A DNA stretch of 64,000 bases from an uncultured Actinomycetota bacterium (GCA_963711145.1 CAVQDA010000010.1:167030-231029); one strand, 5' to 3'. Shown: positions 33,261 through 43,484, numbered from the stretch's first letter. The notes: a model not told the origin generated them from the letters alone. Numbers and translations are program-made.

Positions 33261-34035
33261 CTCAGCTCCCGCTTACCCGGCGGCGCACAACCTGCTCGAG
33301 GGCCGGATCGTTCTCGTGACGGCCGCGGCCGGCACCGGCATCGGCTTCGCCACGGCCAAGCGGGCCGCCGAGGAGGGCGCGACCGTCGTCGTCTCGGATT
33401 ACCACGAGCGCCGGCTCGGCGAGGCCGCCGAGCAGCTCACCGAGATCATGGGCGAGAAGCCGCTTGCGGTGCCGTGTGACGTCCGCAGCGAGGAGCAGGT
33501 GCAGGTGCTGTTCGGCGCGGTCTACGAGCGTTACGGCCGGCTCGACGTGCTGGTCAACAACGCGGGCCTCGGCGGCGAGGTCGCGCTCGTCGACATGACC
33601 GACGAGCAGTGGACGAACGTCCTCGACATCACGTTGAACGGCACCATGCGCGCCACCCGGGCGGCGCTGCGCCGCATGATGCCGGCGGGTAGCGGGGTCA
33701 TCGTCAACAACGCCTCGGTCGTCGGCTGGCGGGCCCAGGCCGGGCAGGCGCACTACGCCGCGGCGAAGGCGGGTGTCATGGCCCTGACGCGGTGCGTCGC
33801 GATCGAAGCGGCCGCGTCCGGCGTGCGGGTCAACGCCGTCGCGCCGAGCCTGGCGATGCATCCGTTCCTGGCCAAGGTCAGCAGCGAGGAGTTCCTCGCC
33901 GAGCTCGCCGGCAAGGAGGCCTTCGGGCGCGCGGCCGAGGTGTGGGAGATTGCCAACGTCATCGTCTTCCTGGCGAGCGACTACTCGTCGTACATGACGG
34001 GCGAGGTCGTCTCGGTCAGCAGCCAGCACCCCTGA
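33253..34035 (+). CDS. SDR family oxidoreductase
   Basis: VLVTAAAGTGIGFA and YAAAKAGV motifs. The start overlaps the ACAD stop. Confidence 0.85.
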   Translation: MPSSAPAYPAAHNLLEGRIVLVTAAAGTGIGFATAKRAAEEGATVVVSDYHERRLGEAAEQLTEIMGEKPLAVPCDVRSEEQVQVLFGAVYERYGRLDVLVNNAGLGGEVALVDMTDEQWTNVLDITLNGTMRATRAALRRMMPAGSGVIVNNASVVGWRAQAGQAHYAAAKAGVMALTRCVAIEAAASGVRVNAVAPSLAMHPFLAKVSSEEFLAELAGKEAFGRAAEVWEIANVIVFLASDYSSYMTGEVVSVSSQHP

Positions 34036-34044
34036 GGAGCCCAG

Positions 34045-34413
34045 ATGTCAGCGCTCGACACCGTCAACGCGTTCATGAAAGCGGCCGCTGACCGCGATTA
34101 CGACACCGCCGTCAGCTACCTCACCGACGACATCGAGTACCAGAACATGCCGCTGCCGCCGGTGAACGGCAAGGACGCGGTGCGCGGGACGCTCGACATG
34201 CTGCTGGCGAACGCCGAGGGCTCGGAGTGGGTCGTGCACCGCGAGGTCGAGTCCGGCAACGTCGTCATGAACGAGCGCACCGACCGCTTCAACATCGGCG
34301 GCACGTGGATGGAGCTTCCGGTCGCCGGCGTCTTCGAGCTGCGCGACGGCAAGATCGCTCTCTGGCGCGACTACTTCGACCTCGAGACGATCATGAAGCA
34401 AATGAGTGGCTAG
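34045..34413 (+). CDS. NTF2/SnoaL-fold protein, limonene-1,2-epoxide-hydrolase-like
   Basis: 122 aa: MSALDTVNAFMKAAADRDYDTAVSYLTDDIEYQN...WRDYFD, typical of this small fold family. Confidence 0.65.
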   Translation: MSALDTVNAFMKAAADRDYDTAVSYLTDDIEYQNMPLPPVNGKDAVRGTLDMLLANAEGSEWVVHREVESGNVVMNERTDRFNIGGTWMELPVAGVFELRDGKIALWRDYFDLETIMKQMSG

Positions 34414-34497
34414 TTGATCACTGGCGGAGGGCCGTTGCACCCTGCGGTGTCGTGACGGTCCACTTATCCGTGGTCGGCTTTTACTGCAGTTCGGCGG

Positions 34498-35874
34498 TCA
34501 AGTTGGGGTCCACGGGGTCGCCGAACTGGCCAGCCAGCCCAGTGTCTGGCGGCGTGACAGCGGCCCGCGTGGCTGCCAGGGCGCTGGGAGCCTGCCGGTG
34601 GCGACGAGGGCGGCGTGCTCTGCCTTCGCCACCGTGACGGGGTCGTTCGCCAACGCGCAGCGGGTGGCCTGAGCGTCGATGCCGAAGAGGTTCGCGGCGT
34701 TCAGGCCGAGGACCTTCTGCTTGCGAGCCGCGGTGAGTGCCGGATAGCCGAAGCGGTCCTGATACTCGGCGCTGATCTGGAACGCGCGGAAGGCCATGAT
34801 CTGCGGCTGGGGTGACCCGTACCAAATGGCGTCGGTGCCCCACAGCACGCGGTCTTCCCCGACCCGGCGGAGGAGCTTGCCGAGCACGTGCGCGGCCTGA
34901 TCGGGATCGGTCAGCACGGTCCGCCAGGTCGTCCCGAGGTCGACCCAGACGTTGCTGTTCGGCACCACCCCGTGATCGTCCAGAGCCTTCAGCAGTGAGT
35001 TGATGCCGATGGCCGAATCCGCCGGGTCGTAAGGGCCTTCGCGGTGGCTGGGGTCCCAGGCGGCATGGAAGACGACGAACTGCATGTCCGGGAAGATCTT
35101 CGCGGCGGCGACCATGTCGCGCGGGCCGTTGTGGGTCGGGTCAAAACGCATCAGTGGCAAGCCTTTGTGGCCGCAGAAGACGCGCACGCCCAGCTTGCGG
35201 GCACGTTCCAGCACCGGCAGCCCGATCCGCGGGTCGTCGATGTCGAAGCCCTGGCCGTTCGGGCCCCACGCGGTGTAGACCTTGAACGCGGCGACGTGCC
35301 CCGTGGCGACCTTGGCGTCCATGTCATCGAGCTGGCCGGCCAGCCGTCCGAAGTTCGGCGCGATCACGTCGTGCAGCACGATCCGCGCGGCGCCGCCGTG
35401 CGCCAGCTGCGCCACCATCTCCTGGGTCCCGACGGCGTCGGCGAAAGGGATCGGCGCGTTGGAAGCGCCCGAGTTCGGCACGTCCGTCAGCAGCGCCACG
35501 GTCGTGTCGCTCGCCATGAACATGTCGTGGACGTACGCCGCACGATTGACCGACGCCAGCGGGTCCGTCGCCGAGTGCTCGGCCGGCAGCATGCCGAGCA
35601 CGAGCTGGACGGTCTCGGGCGCGTTGCGCTGCCACGGCCGGTCCGGCATCACGTGGTGGGTGTGGACGTCGAAGATGAACTCGCTGCCGCTCAAAGCGTG
35701 CTCGCAGGCCGGGAGATCACTCGGCGACGGCGTCACGAAAGACCCGCCCGGTGACGACGACGGGGCGATCGGCCGGCCCGCCGATTTGGCAGCTTTGGAG
35801 CACGCTGCGACGTTCAAGGTGGTCAGTAGCGCTGCGACCCCGCCCGCCGACTGCAGAAATCTTCGGCGGTCCAT
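34498..35874 (-). CDS. Tat-exported lipoprotein, amidohydrolase superfamily
   Basis: MDRRRFLQSAGGVAALLTTLNVAAC combines a twin-arginine motif with a lipobox. FDVHTHH is an HxH metal motif. Confidence 0.75.
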   Translation of the reverse strand: MDRRRFLQSAGGVAALLTTLNVAACSKAAKSAGRPIAPSSSPGGSFVTPSPSDLPACEHALSGSEFIFDVHTHHVMPDRPWQRNAPETVQLVLGMLPAEHSATDPLASVNRAAYVHDMFMASDTTVALLTDVPNSGASNAPIPFADAVGTQEMVAQLAHGGAARIVLHDVIAPNFGRLAGQLDDMDAKVATGHVAAFKVYTAWGPNGQGFDIDDPRIGLPVLERARKLGVRVFCGHKGLPLMRFDPTHNGPRDMVAAAKIFPDMQFVVFHAAWDPSHREGPYDPADSAIGINSLLKALDDHGVVPNSNVWVDLGTTWRTVLTDPDQAAHVLGKLLRRVGEDRVLWGTDAIWYGSPQPQIMAFRAFQISAEYQDRFGYPALTAARKQKVLGLNAANLFGIDAQATRCALANDPVTVAKAEHAALVATGRLPAPWQPRGPLSRRQTLGWLASSATPWTPT

Positions 35875-35934
35875 CCCGAGCCGATCGGCAATGGTTTCAG
35901 CCTGTTTCAGCGTCTCGCGTGCTATCCACGCGTC

Positions 35935-36248
35935 GGTCTCCGAGCCTGTTCCTCGCTCTCGTCGCCCTCCTCGGCCTGGGCTGCGGTTTCGCTATCCGCA
36001 GCACCGGAGGCGCGCTCGCCACCCTCTTCGGACAGCTGCTGGTGCTGCCCCTGCTCGCGCAGGCGCTGCCGAATTCGTGGCAGAACCACATCGACAAGTA
36101 CCTGCCCTTCAACGCGGGAACCGCCGTCATGTCCACCGTTCAACGGTCGGACTCGTTGGGTCCATGGGCGGGGATCGGCGTGCTCGCGCTGTGGGCCGCC
36201 GTAGCCTTGGGTGTCGGGTTGGTGATGTTGCGTCGTCGCGATGCGTGA
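35935..36248 (+). pseudogene. C-terminal remnant (~100 codons) of an ABC-2-type transporter permease
   Basis: ...GFAIRSTGGALATLFGQLLVLPLLAQALPNSWQNHIDKYLPFNAG...VMLRRRDA* is only the last third of such permeases. No start codon and no ATPase gene upstream. Confidence 0.55.
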
Positions 36249-36286
36249 TGGGCGAGGCCCCAGGAGTGGCCCCAAGGGAGAAATCG

Positions 36287-37564
36287 ATGTGGACGCTCTG
36301 GCCGCGACTGACGAATCCCGATCTCGCCGCCGAATCACGCCGTAGTCCCGGGTTCATCCACCGGCACCCGGGGCCGACGGCGGCGGCGCTCGTCGTCGCA
36401 CTCCTGCTGACCAATGTCGGCCGGATCTCCCATCCGCATGGCCCGCATGACGGGGCGATACCACTCATCTCGCTGGCGGTCGTCCTGCCCTTGCTGTGGC
36501 GGCGGCGCGCGCCGATGCTGACGTTCCTGATTTCGTCGGGGGCGGCGGCGGTCCAGTGGGCGGTCACCGGACCGCTGTTCGTCGACCTGGCGCTCCTGGT
36601 CAGCTTCTATACGGTCGCGGCGACCTGCTCGCGTCGCCGCACCCTCCTGGCGGCGGGGATTCTGGAGTTCGGTGTCGTTATCGCGGTGGCGAAGTACGGG
36701 CACGGCAGCTACGCCCTCGCCACGCTGTTTCTCACCGGGCTCGTCGTCGCGGCCGGAATGCTCGGGATCAACATCCAGGTCCGGCGGGCGTATCTGGCCG
36801 AGGTGGAGGCGAAGGCGGCCCGGCTGGAGTTCGAGCGTGATCAGCAGGGACGCCTCGCCGTGGCCGCCGAGCGCAACCGGATCGCCCGCGAGATGCACGA
36901 CATCGTGGCGCACAACCTGTCGGTGATGATCGCCCTTTCCGACGGTGCTTCCTTCGTGCTGCACACCGATCCAGCCCGGGCTGCCGATGCGGTGCGCGAG
37001 GCGTCTTCCGTCGGCCGCACCGCGCTGGGCGAGCTGCGTCGCGCTCTGACCGTGCTGCGTGACGGCGACGCGGCCACGGACGACGCGGCCACCCGCACCC
37101 CGACGCCGAAGATCGCCGACCTCGACCGGCTGCTGATCCCGATCCGGCGCACCGGTCTGGAGGTCTCGCTCACGATCGAGGGGCCCGTCGCCACGCTCTC
37201 GGCGGGCCTGCAGCTTTCGGTGTACCGGCTGGTGCAGGAGTCGCTGACGAACACCGTCAAGCACGCCATCGGCGCCGACCATGCCGCCGTCACGATCCGC
37301 ACCGGCCAACTCGGCACCGAGGTCTTTGCCATCGACAACGGCAGAGCGGCAGCGAATGCAGCTGCTACCGAACGGCCCGCGCCCGAATCGGGCCAGGGCA
37401 TCATCGGCATGCACGAGCGCGCAGCGGGCCACGGGGGAGTCATCGAGACCGGGCGGACGCCGACCGGCTGGATGGTGCGGGCAGCGTACCCGGCCGAGTT
37501 CCCGGTCGGAATGCCCGCCGTGCCCCAGCCCGCGCCGCCAGCGCCGGTCGGCGTCCGCGCGTGA
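36287..37564 (+). CDS. sensor histidine kinase (HisKA_3 / NarL-partner type)
   Basis: AAERNRIAREMHDIVAHNLS H-box and N-terminal TM segments. ATG 36287 preceded by AAGGGAG. Confidence 0.85.
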   Translation: MWTLWPRLTNPDLAAESRRSPGFIHRHPGPTAAALVVALLLTNVGRISHPHGPHDGAIPLISLAVVLPLLWRRRAPMLTFLISSGAAAVQWAVTGPLFVDLALLVSFYTVAATCSRRRTLLAAGILEFGVVIAVAKYGHGSYALATLFLTGLVVAAGMLGINIQVRRAYLAEVEAKAARLEFERDQQGRLAVAAERNRIAREMHDIVAHNLSVMIALSDGASFVLHTDPARAADAVREASSVGRTALGELRRALTVLRDGDAATDDAATRTPTPKIADLDRLLIPIRRTGLEVSLTIEGPVATLSAGLQLSVYRLVQESLTNTVKHAIGADHAAVTIRTGQLGTEVFAIDNGRAAANAAATERPAPESGQGIIGMHERAAGHGGVIETGRTPTGWMVRAAYPAEFPVGMPAVPQPAPPAPVGVRA

Positions 37565-38223
37565 CACGAGTCTTGCTGGTGGATGACCAATCCCTGCTAC
37601 GCATGGGATTTCGGATGGTCCTCGGCGCTCACGAGGGCATGGATGTCGTCGGTGAAGCGGCCGACGTAGCCGAGGCCATCGTCGCCGTCGCCGAACTCAA
37701 GCCGGACGTCGTCGTCATGGACGTGCGCATGCCGGTCATGGACGGCGTCGAGGCGACGGCCCAGATCACCGCGCAATATCCGGATGTACGAGTGCTCATC
37801 CTGACCACGTTCGATCTCGACGAGTACGCGTTCGCCGCCCTGCGTGCCGGCGCCAGCGGTTTCCTACTCAAGAACGTGCCGCCGGAAGAACTCGTCGCCG
37901 CCATCAGAACGGTCGCGAGCGGAGACGCCGTCGTCGCCCCGCGGGTCACCCGCCGGCTGCTGGAGACGTTCGCCGAAAAGCTGCCGATGCCGACCGGCGA
38001 CGACCAGCCCGACGCCCGCCTTGCTGCCCTCACCGACCGCGAACGCGAGGTGCTCGGCAACCTCGCCCTAGGCCAGAGCAACCTGGAAATCGCTGCAGCA
38101 CTTCATCTTTCGGAGGCCACGGTGAAGACGCACGTGAGCCGGATCCTGTCCAAGCTCGGCCTGCGCGACCGGGTGCAGGCGGTCGTCTTCGCCTACGAGA
38201 CGCGGTTGGTGCGCCCGTCCTGA
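37561..38223 (+). CDS. NarL/LuxR-family response regulator
   Basis: VLLVDDQ...VVVMDVRMP receiver domain and LTDREREVL...EATVKTHV HTH. GTGA overlap with the kinase stop. Confidence 0.9.
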   Translation: MTRVLLVDDQSLLRMGFRMVLGAHEGMDVVGEAADVAEAIVAVAELKPDVVVMDVRMPVMDGVEATAQITAQYPDVRVLILTTFDLDEYAFAALRAGASGFLLKNVPPEELVAAIRTVASGDAVVAPRVTRRLLETFAEKLPMPTGDDQPDARLAALTDREREVLGNLALGQSNLEIAAALHLSEATVKTHVSRILSKLGLRDRVQAVVFAYETRLVRPS

Positions 38224-38311
38224 CCAGCGTTGCGTCGGGCTGAGACCACGTTCCGCCGCGACTGTTGGTCGTAGCGGCGGGATGACCCTGGTGCGCAACT
38301 CGGGCCCAACT

Positions 38312-38339
38312 CCGATGCGCGACCTTAGCCGATGGCCGG
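38312..38339 (+). repeat. accessory-region repeat, copy H
   Basis: CCGATGCGCGACCTTAGCCGATGGCCGG shares CGACCTTAGCCGAT with copy G and aligns to copy D. Confidence 0.5.
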
Positions 38340-38391
38340 CTGCTCCGTTCTGGGCGCCTTTGGGCCCTCATCTACGCCTTCCGGGGCTGAC

Positions 38392-39308
38392 TTAGGCGTC
38401 GTCGGTGGCGTTCGCCTGGCGGGCGCAGTCGTTGTGGTCTTGGGTTGCGGCCCAGCTGGCGAGCAGGTTCAGGGCGTCGGCGGTCGTGGTGGCAGGTTCG
38501 GCGGTGTGGATGAGCATCCGGAGTCCGGGTTCGGCGGGTAGGTCGAACGCTTCGTAGGTGAGGTCGAGATCGCCGACGACTGGGTGGTGCAGCCGTTTGC
38601 TGCCGGTGCGGTGGAACATCACGTCGTGGCTTGCCCACAGGGTGCGAAAGGCTTCACTGCGGGTGGATAGCTCTCCGACGAGGTCTGTTAGTCCCCGGTC
38701 GTAGGGGTTGCGCCCCGCTTCGGCGCGTAGCACCGCGACCATGTCCTTCGCGGTGGCCTCCCAGTCACGGTAGAAGTCCGGTCCAGCCGGGTTGAGGAAG
38801 GTGAACCTGGCGGTGTTGGCCGGGCGGACCGGGTCGTCGAGAACCGGCGCGTACAGGGCGGCGCCGAGCCGGTTGGTAGCGAGGACGTCAGCGCGGCCGT
38901 TGCGCGGATCCAAGCCGGCGCGTCGGTGATCGCGTCCAGGACCCGCTGCAGGCCGGGACGGACCTTCTGTGGCAACGGCTGGCGAGTTTTGCCGGCCGAG
39001 GAGTTCGCGACCCGGGCGAGGTCGAACAGGTGGGTGCGTTCAGCGTCGTCGAGCTGCAAGGCGTTCGCGACCGCGTTGAGCACACTCTCCGAGACGCCGC
39101 GCAGCCTCCCGCGTTCGAGCTGCACGTAGTAGTCCGACGACAGACCGGCGAGCAGCGCAACCTCCTCCCGGCGCAGGCCCGGCACCCTTCGGTTGCCGCC
39201 GTACACCGGCAACCCGGCCTGTTCCGGCTTGAGCCGGGCGCGTGGGCTGGCCAGGAACTCGCGCACCTCAGTCCGGTTGTCCACGCATCCGACGCCACGA
39301 CCGGGCAT
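38392..39308 (-). pseudogene. MmyB-like XRE-family transcriptional regulator with a frame break at about 38905
   Basis: N-terminal HTH part (track ORF 38688..39308: ...EVALLAGLSSDYYVQLERGR...DAITDAPAWIR) continues as NGRADVLATNRLGAALY... in another frame (38392..38913). Confidence 0.75.
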
Positions 39309-39318
39309 GCATCCAGAC

Positions 39319-39350
39319 AGGGGCTGCCAGCACCTGGGACAGCAGCCCCT
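39319..39350. promoter_or_regulatory. inverted repeat in the MmyB-like/ADH divergent promoter region
   Basis: AGGGGCTGC (39319-39327) and GCAGCCCCT (39342-39350), separated by 14 nt. Confidence 0.35.
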
Positions 39351-39420
39351 TCCTGCGCCCGTGCATACCGCGTTGCATGGAGCTCAGCGCAGACTTCCCG
39401 CCATTGAGGAGCTGAACATC

Positions 39421-40461
39421 ATGAGAGCCGCCATCTTCCGAGGACCCCGTGCCATCAAGGTCGCCGATCGACCGGACCCGGTCGTCCAGACGCCGACCGA
39501 CGCGGTCGTGCGAGTCGTGCGGGGCTGCGTGTGCGGGTCGGACCTGTGGTACTACCGCGGCATCAACGACCACGCGGTCGGCAGCATCGGCCACGAGTTC
39601 ATAGGCGTCGTCGAAGCTGTCGGTGACGAGGTGAGCAACCTCGCGGCCGGCGACTTCGTCATCGCCCCGTTCACCTACAGCGACGGCGTCTGCCCGGCCT
39701 GCTTGCACGGCGTCCAGTCGAACTGCCTGCACGGGAGCCCGTTCGGCAACGGCACGGTCGATGGTGGTCAGGGCGAGTAGGTCCGGACGCCCTTCGCCGC
39801 GACCACCCTGGTGAAGGTCCCCGGAACGGGCTTCACCGACGAGCAGCTGGCTTCGTTCACGGCCCTCACCGACGTGACGTGTACCGGCTATCACGCCGCT
39901 GTCAGCGCCGGCGTCAAGGCCGGTGACACGGTCGCCGTGGTCGGCGACGGTGCCGTCGGCCTGTCCGCGGTACTGGCCGCCAGCAAGCTCGGCGCCGGCC
40001 GGATCATCGCGCTCAGCCGCAACCCCGCACGGCAGGCGGTCGCCAAGGAGTTCGGCGCCACCGACATCGTCGAGGAGCGGGGCGATGAGGCCGCCGACGT
40101 GGTCATGCGGTTGACCGACGGCGTCGGGGTCGATGCCGCGCTGGAGTGCGTCGGGACCGACCAGGCCATCCAAACAGCGGTCGGCGCGGCGCGGATAGGC
40201 GGCAGCGTCGGCGCGGTCGGGGTACCGCTCTACGACGAGTTCCAGTACAAGACCGCCTTCTGGAAGAACGTTGGCCTTCGCGGCGGCGTCGCTCCCGCCC
40301 GCCAATACATCCCCGAACTGCTCGACGACGTGCTGGCCGGCCGCATCAACCCGGGGCTCGTCTTCGACTTCGAGACCAACCTCGACGGCGTCGGCGAGGC
40401 CTACGCCGCGATGGACGAGCGCCGGGCCATCAAGTCACTGCTGCGGGTCGGATCAGCATGA
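39421..40461 (+). pseudogene. zinc-dependent alcohol dehydrogenase interrupted by an in-frame TAG at 39778-39780
   Basis: Track ORFs 39193..39780 and 39811..40461 share one frame. ...GGQGE-TAG-VRTPFAATTLVKVP; from memory, homologues carry a sense codon (Tyr) here. GHEFIGVV and GDGAVGL motifs. Confidence 0.8.
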
Positions 40462-40765
40462 GCGCCACGACCAACCAGTGGACGGATGGGGAGCTGCGCC
40501 GGATCGGGGACGCCACCGAGCTGCAGCTAGCATCCCGTCGGGCGGATGGCACCCTGCGCCCCTACACCACGATGTGGGTCGCCGCATCGACGCCGGCGGC
40601 ATCACGTGCGATGTCACGTTCGGTGCCGCCGACCCCGGTGTCCACGAGGCGCTCGATGTGGCCTACCACGCCAAGTACGACCGGTTCGGGTCAGGACCGG
40701 TCGGTCACGTCACCGGGCCGGCCGCCTATCCCGTCGCCATCCGCCTCGACAGGAGCCAACCATGA
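40458..40765 (+). pseudogene. DUF2255-like protein with an internal out-of-frame deletion (about 40585)
   Basis: MSATTNQWTDGELRRIGDATELQLASRRADGTLRPYTTMWV, then RIDAGGITCDVTFGAADPGVHEALDVAYHAKYDRFG...* in another frame. The middle of the family sequence appears to be missing. Confidence 0.55.
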
Positions 40766-41533
40766 CCGACGTCATCGTCGTCATCGGACCAGGATCGATC
40801 GGGCAGGCGAACGCCGACGCGGCAGCCGACATCATGCCGGGGCGCCGGGTTCGACATCAGCACCACGACGGTCGACGTCTCCCCGCGCCAGTCAGTCCAG
40901 ACCCTCGTGACCACCGTCGCCGCTCACGGTGACATCACGGGCCTCATCCACGCGGCGGGTGTATCGCCCAGCCAGGCGCCGCCCGAGGCCATCCTGGCCG
41001 TCGACCTGTATGGAACGGCTGTCGTGCTCGAGGAGTTCGGCGACGTCATCGCACCCGGCGGCGTGGGTGTCGTCATCGCTTCGCGGTCGGGGCATCGCCT
41101 CGACGCGCTTACGCCCGAGCAGAACAAGGCGCTGGCTACCACCCCCGCCGACGAGCTGCTGAAGCTCCCCATGCTCCAGCCCGACCAGGTCACCGACACG
41201 CTCCACGCCTACCAGCTCGCCAAACGCGGCAACGGTTTACGCGTCACGGCCGAAGCGGTCCGCTGGGCCAAGCGAGGCGCTCGCGTCAACACGATCAGTC
41301 CCGGCATCATCATCACGCCGCTCGCCGTGGACGAACTCACCGGACCACGCGGCGAGAGCTACCAGCGCATGCTCAGGCAGAGCCCCGCCGGTCGCGCCGG
41401 CACGCCCGACGAGGTCGCCGCGGTGGCCGCGCTCATGTGGGGACCTGAGGGTGGGTTCATCACAGGCAGCGACTTCCTCATGGATGGCGGCGTCACCGCT
41501 TCCTACTTCTTCGGCGAACTCGCCCCCGACTGA
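40762..41533 (+). pseudogene. SDR family oxidoreductase with a +1 frame break near 40840-40850 and probably a short N-terminal deletion
   Basis: MTDVIVVIGPGSIGQA..., then GFDISTTTVDVSPRQSVQTLVTTVAAHGDITGLIHAAGVSPSQ...YQLAKRG... in the +1 frame (track ORF 40907..41533). Confidence 0.7.
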
Positions 41534-41565
41534 CACCGCAACATCACGCGAATCGAGGACTACGC

Positions 41566-41952
41566 ATGGAAATCTCCCGCGAAGCGACGACGGCGAAAGG
41601 CCCCGCCGAGACGTTCACCGGCGACGTATGGGTGGACCCCATCACCCGCGGCCTACCGCCGTCCGGGCTGAACGTCGCAGCGGTGCGTTTCACGCCCGGG
41701 GCCCGCAGTGCCTGGCACTCGCATGACGGCGGCCAGACGCTGTATGTCACCGAAGGCCGCGGCCGAGTTCAGGTACGTGGACAGGACATCGTCGAACTGA
41801 ACCCCGGTGACGTCGTGTACGCGCCCGACGGCGAAGAGCACTGGCACGGCGCCGCGCCCGACCAATCCATGACGCACCTGTCCATCACCGAAGGGGCGCC
41901 CCACTGGGGACGACACGTCACCGACGACGAATACAACGGCAAGAACCAGTAG
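41566..41952 (+). CDS. cupin domain protein
   Basis: 128 aa. The WHSHDGGQTLYVTEGRG...EEHWHGA motifs form a two-His cupin core. Confidence 0.8.
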   Translation: MEISREATTAKGPAETFTGDVWVDPITRGLPPSGLNVAAVRFTPGARSAWHSHDGGQTLYVTEGRGRVQVRGQDIVELNPGDVVYAPDGEEHWHGAAPDQSMTHLSITEGAPHWGRHVTDDEYNGKNQ

Positions 41953-42008
41953 CTCTCCGTACCCTGGTCTGTATTTCTGCTGCGCGACACCCGATCAGCA
42001 ACGCGCCA

Positions 42009-42218
42009 ACCGTCGACGGGGAAGGGCTGGCGGCCGGGCTCGAACGCATCAAGATGATGCCCTCCACCCTCGGCGGACCACGCACCTACATCGGCTACGG
42101 ACCCGAAGACCACCGCGGCTACCGCGGAGACTTCATGTTCATGAAGCAGCTACACGCCGGCAAGTTCCACTTCGTCGCCTACCACTGGCCGCAACGGCCA
42201 AGCAACCGCCCGGCCTGA
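42009..42218 (+). pseudogene. orphan C-terminal fragment, possibly of a type I (Leu/Ile/Val-like) ABC substrate-binding protein
   Basis: Own translation ...TVDGEGLAAGLERIKMMPSTLGGPRTYIGYGPEDHRGYRGDFMFMKQLHAGKFHFV...*. No start codon and no upstream body. Family guess is from memory only. Confidence 0.3.
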
Positions 42219-42357
42219 CACCTCGGGCCCTCGGATCCCGGCGGTCCACACCCGCAGTCACCACCGCCAGAACCAACAGCTTCAAGATCGGCTAAAACGT
42301 GCCGATCACCGGGCGCGTTTGGCATCCCCCTGAAGACCGGCGGAATCACCCGCTCAT

Positions 42358-42393
42358 GCCGCTGACAGCGCTGTCTTGCCGATGGTCGCTCGG
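42358..42393 (+). repeat. accessory-region repeat, copy E
   Basis: GCCGCTGAcagcgctgtCTTGCCGATGGTCGC abuts the truncation point of a gene remnant. Confidence 0.5.
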
Positions 42394-42457
42394 CCAACCG
42401 TGCGAGTCCGTCGTCCTTACCCTGCTTTAGACGGGCTGTGATGAGCTGTGCCCACAT
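42386..42457 (-). pseudogene. first ~23 codons of a small alpha+beta (ABM/Dabb-like) protein, truncated at repeat copy E
   Basis: GAGGGGACAGTC-ATG then MWAQLITARLKQGKDDGLARLAE, after which the sequence runs into the repeat. Confidence 0.35.
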
Positions 42458-42902
42458 GACTGTCCCCTCACGTTGACGTCTGCTCCTGTCAGCGGGACCG
42501 TACCGTGCCAAGATCGTTCGCACGGCAGAACGGTTCACAGCTACAAGGACCGTTGAAAGGTCGCCCCGCTCGGGCCCGGTGCGGACATTCATCGACCCGG
42601 ACAACGCACACCGAGTCGGATGGATCGCGGAGATCCCGGACATGGACGCTTTCCAAGCGGTGATGCAGTCCCAGGCCCGGCGCTGACGCCATGAAGTTGG
42701 ACGGAGTTCGCCCGACACTTTGGTGGCGCTCGTCCAGTCGTAATTCTGCCGCCGCCGCTGCTCATGAACATCGGCCCTTCGCTGGTGGCAGGAGGACCCT
42801 TTCGCAGTTCACGAGATTTCACATCGGAGATGCGCCAGCATGGCCGCGCCGCGGGAACCTCCCGAGACAGCGCAGCCGGATCACCCTGGAGGAGACAGGA
42901 TC

Positions 42903-43199
42903 ATGAAGTTCATCGTCGACGCGAGCTTCCCGCACGAGCCGTTCAACACCTACGTGCGTCAGGGGAGCGCCGGACAGAAGATCGGCGAGACGCTCGGAGC
43001 GATCAAGCCTGAGGTGGTCTACATGACCGATAACGGCGTCGGGCGGGGAGTCATGATGGTTGTCGACCTGGCTGACGCTAGTCAGGTGCCGCACATCACC
43101 GAGCCGCTCATGCTCACCTTCAACGCAACCGTCAAGTACCGAATCGCCATTGCACCCGAAGAGCTCGCTGCCGCCGGTCTCGAACGCTACTCCGACTAG
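42903..43199 (+). CDS. small hypothetical protein (98 aa)
   Basis: MKFIVDASFPHEPFNTYVRQGSAGQKIGETLGAIKPEVVYMTDNG... GGAGGAG upstream of ATG 42903. Composition is protein-like. Confidence 0.6.
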   Translation: MKFIVDASFPHEPFNTYVRQGSAGQKIGETLGAIKPEVVYMTDNGVGRGVMMVVDLADASQVPHITEPLMLTFNATVKYRIAIAPEELAAAGLERYSD

Positions 43200-43436
43200 C
43201 CCACCGTCCGATCGGTCGGCATGTGAGTGCTGACCGATCGGACCGCCGAGGCTTCGAGCCCAACGCCCGCTGCGCATCGGCCGCAGCCCTGATCACATCC
43301 GCGCCGCGCGCGAAGCGGCCGCGAAACCATCGCCCGCGGTGCAACACAGACCCACCCTGGGAATCGATCGCCGCACGCAAAGAACGCGATGGGTTGGCGC
43401 CCGTTCAGATTTGTCTGATCGGTACAAGCAGAAATA

Positions 43437-43484
43437 CCCGACCACGGCCGCTGATGCGACCTTGCCGATGAGCGGTTGTCGGTG
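43437..43484 (+). repeat. accessory-region repeat, copy A (most complete)
   Basis: CCCGACCACGGCCGCTGATGCGACCTTGCCGATGAGCGGTTGTCGGTG with nested pairing CCGAC/GTCGG and CCGCT/AGCGG. Confidence 0.6.
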
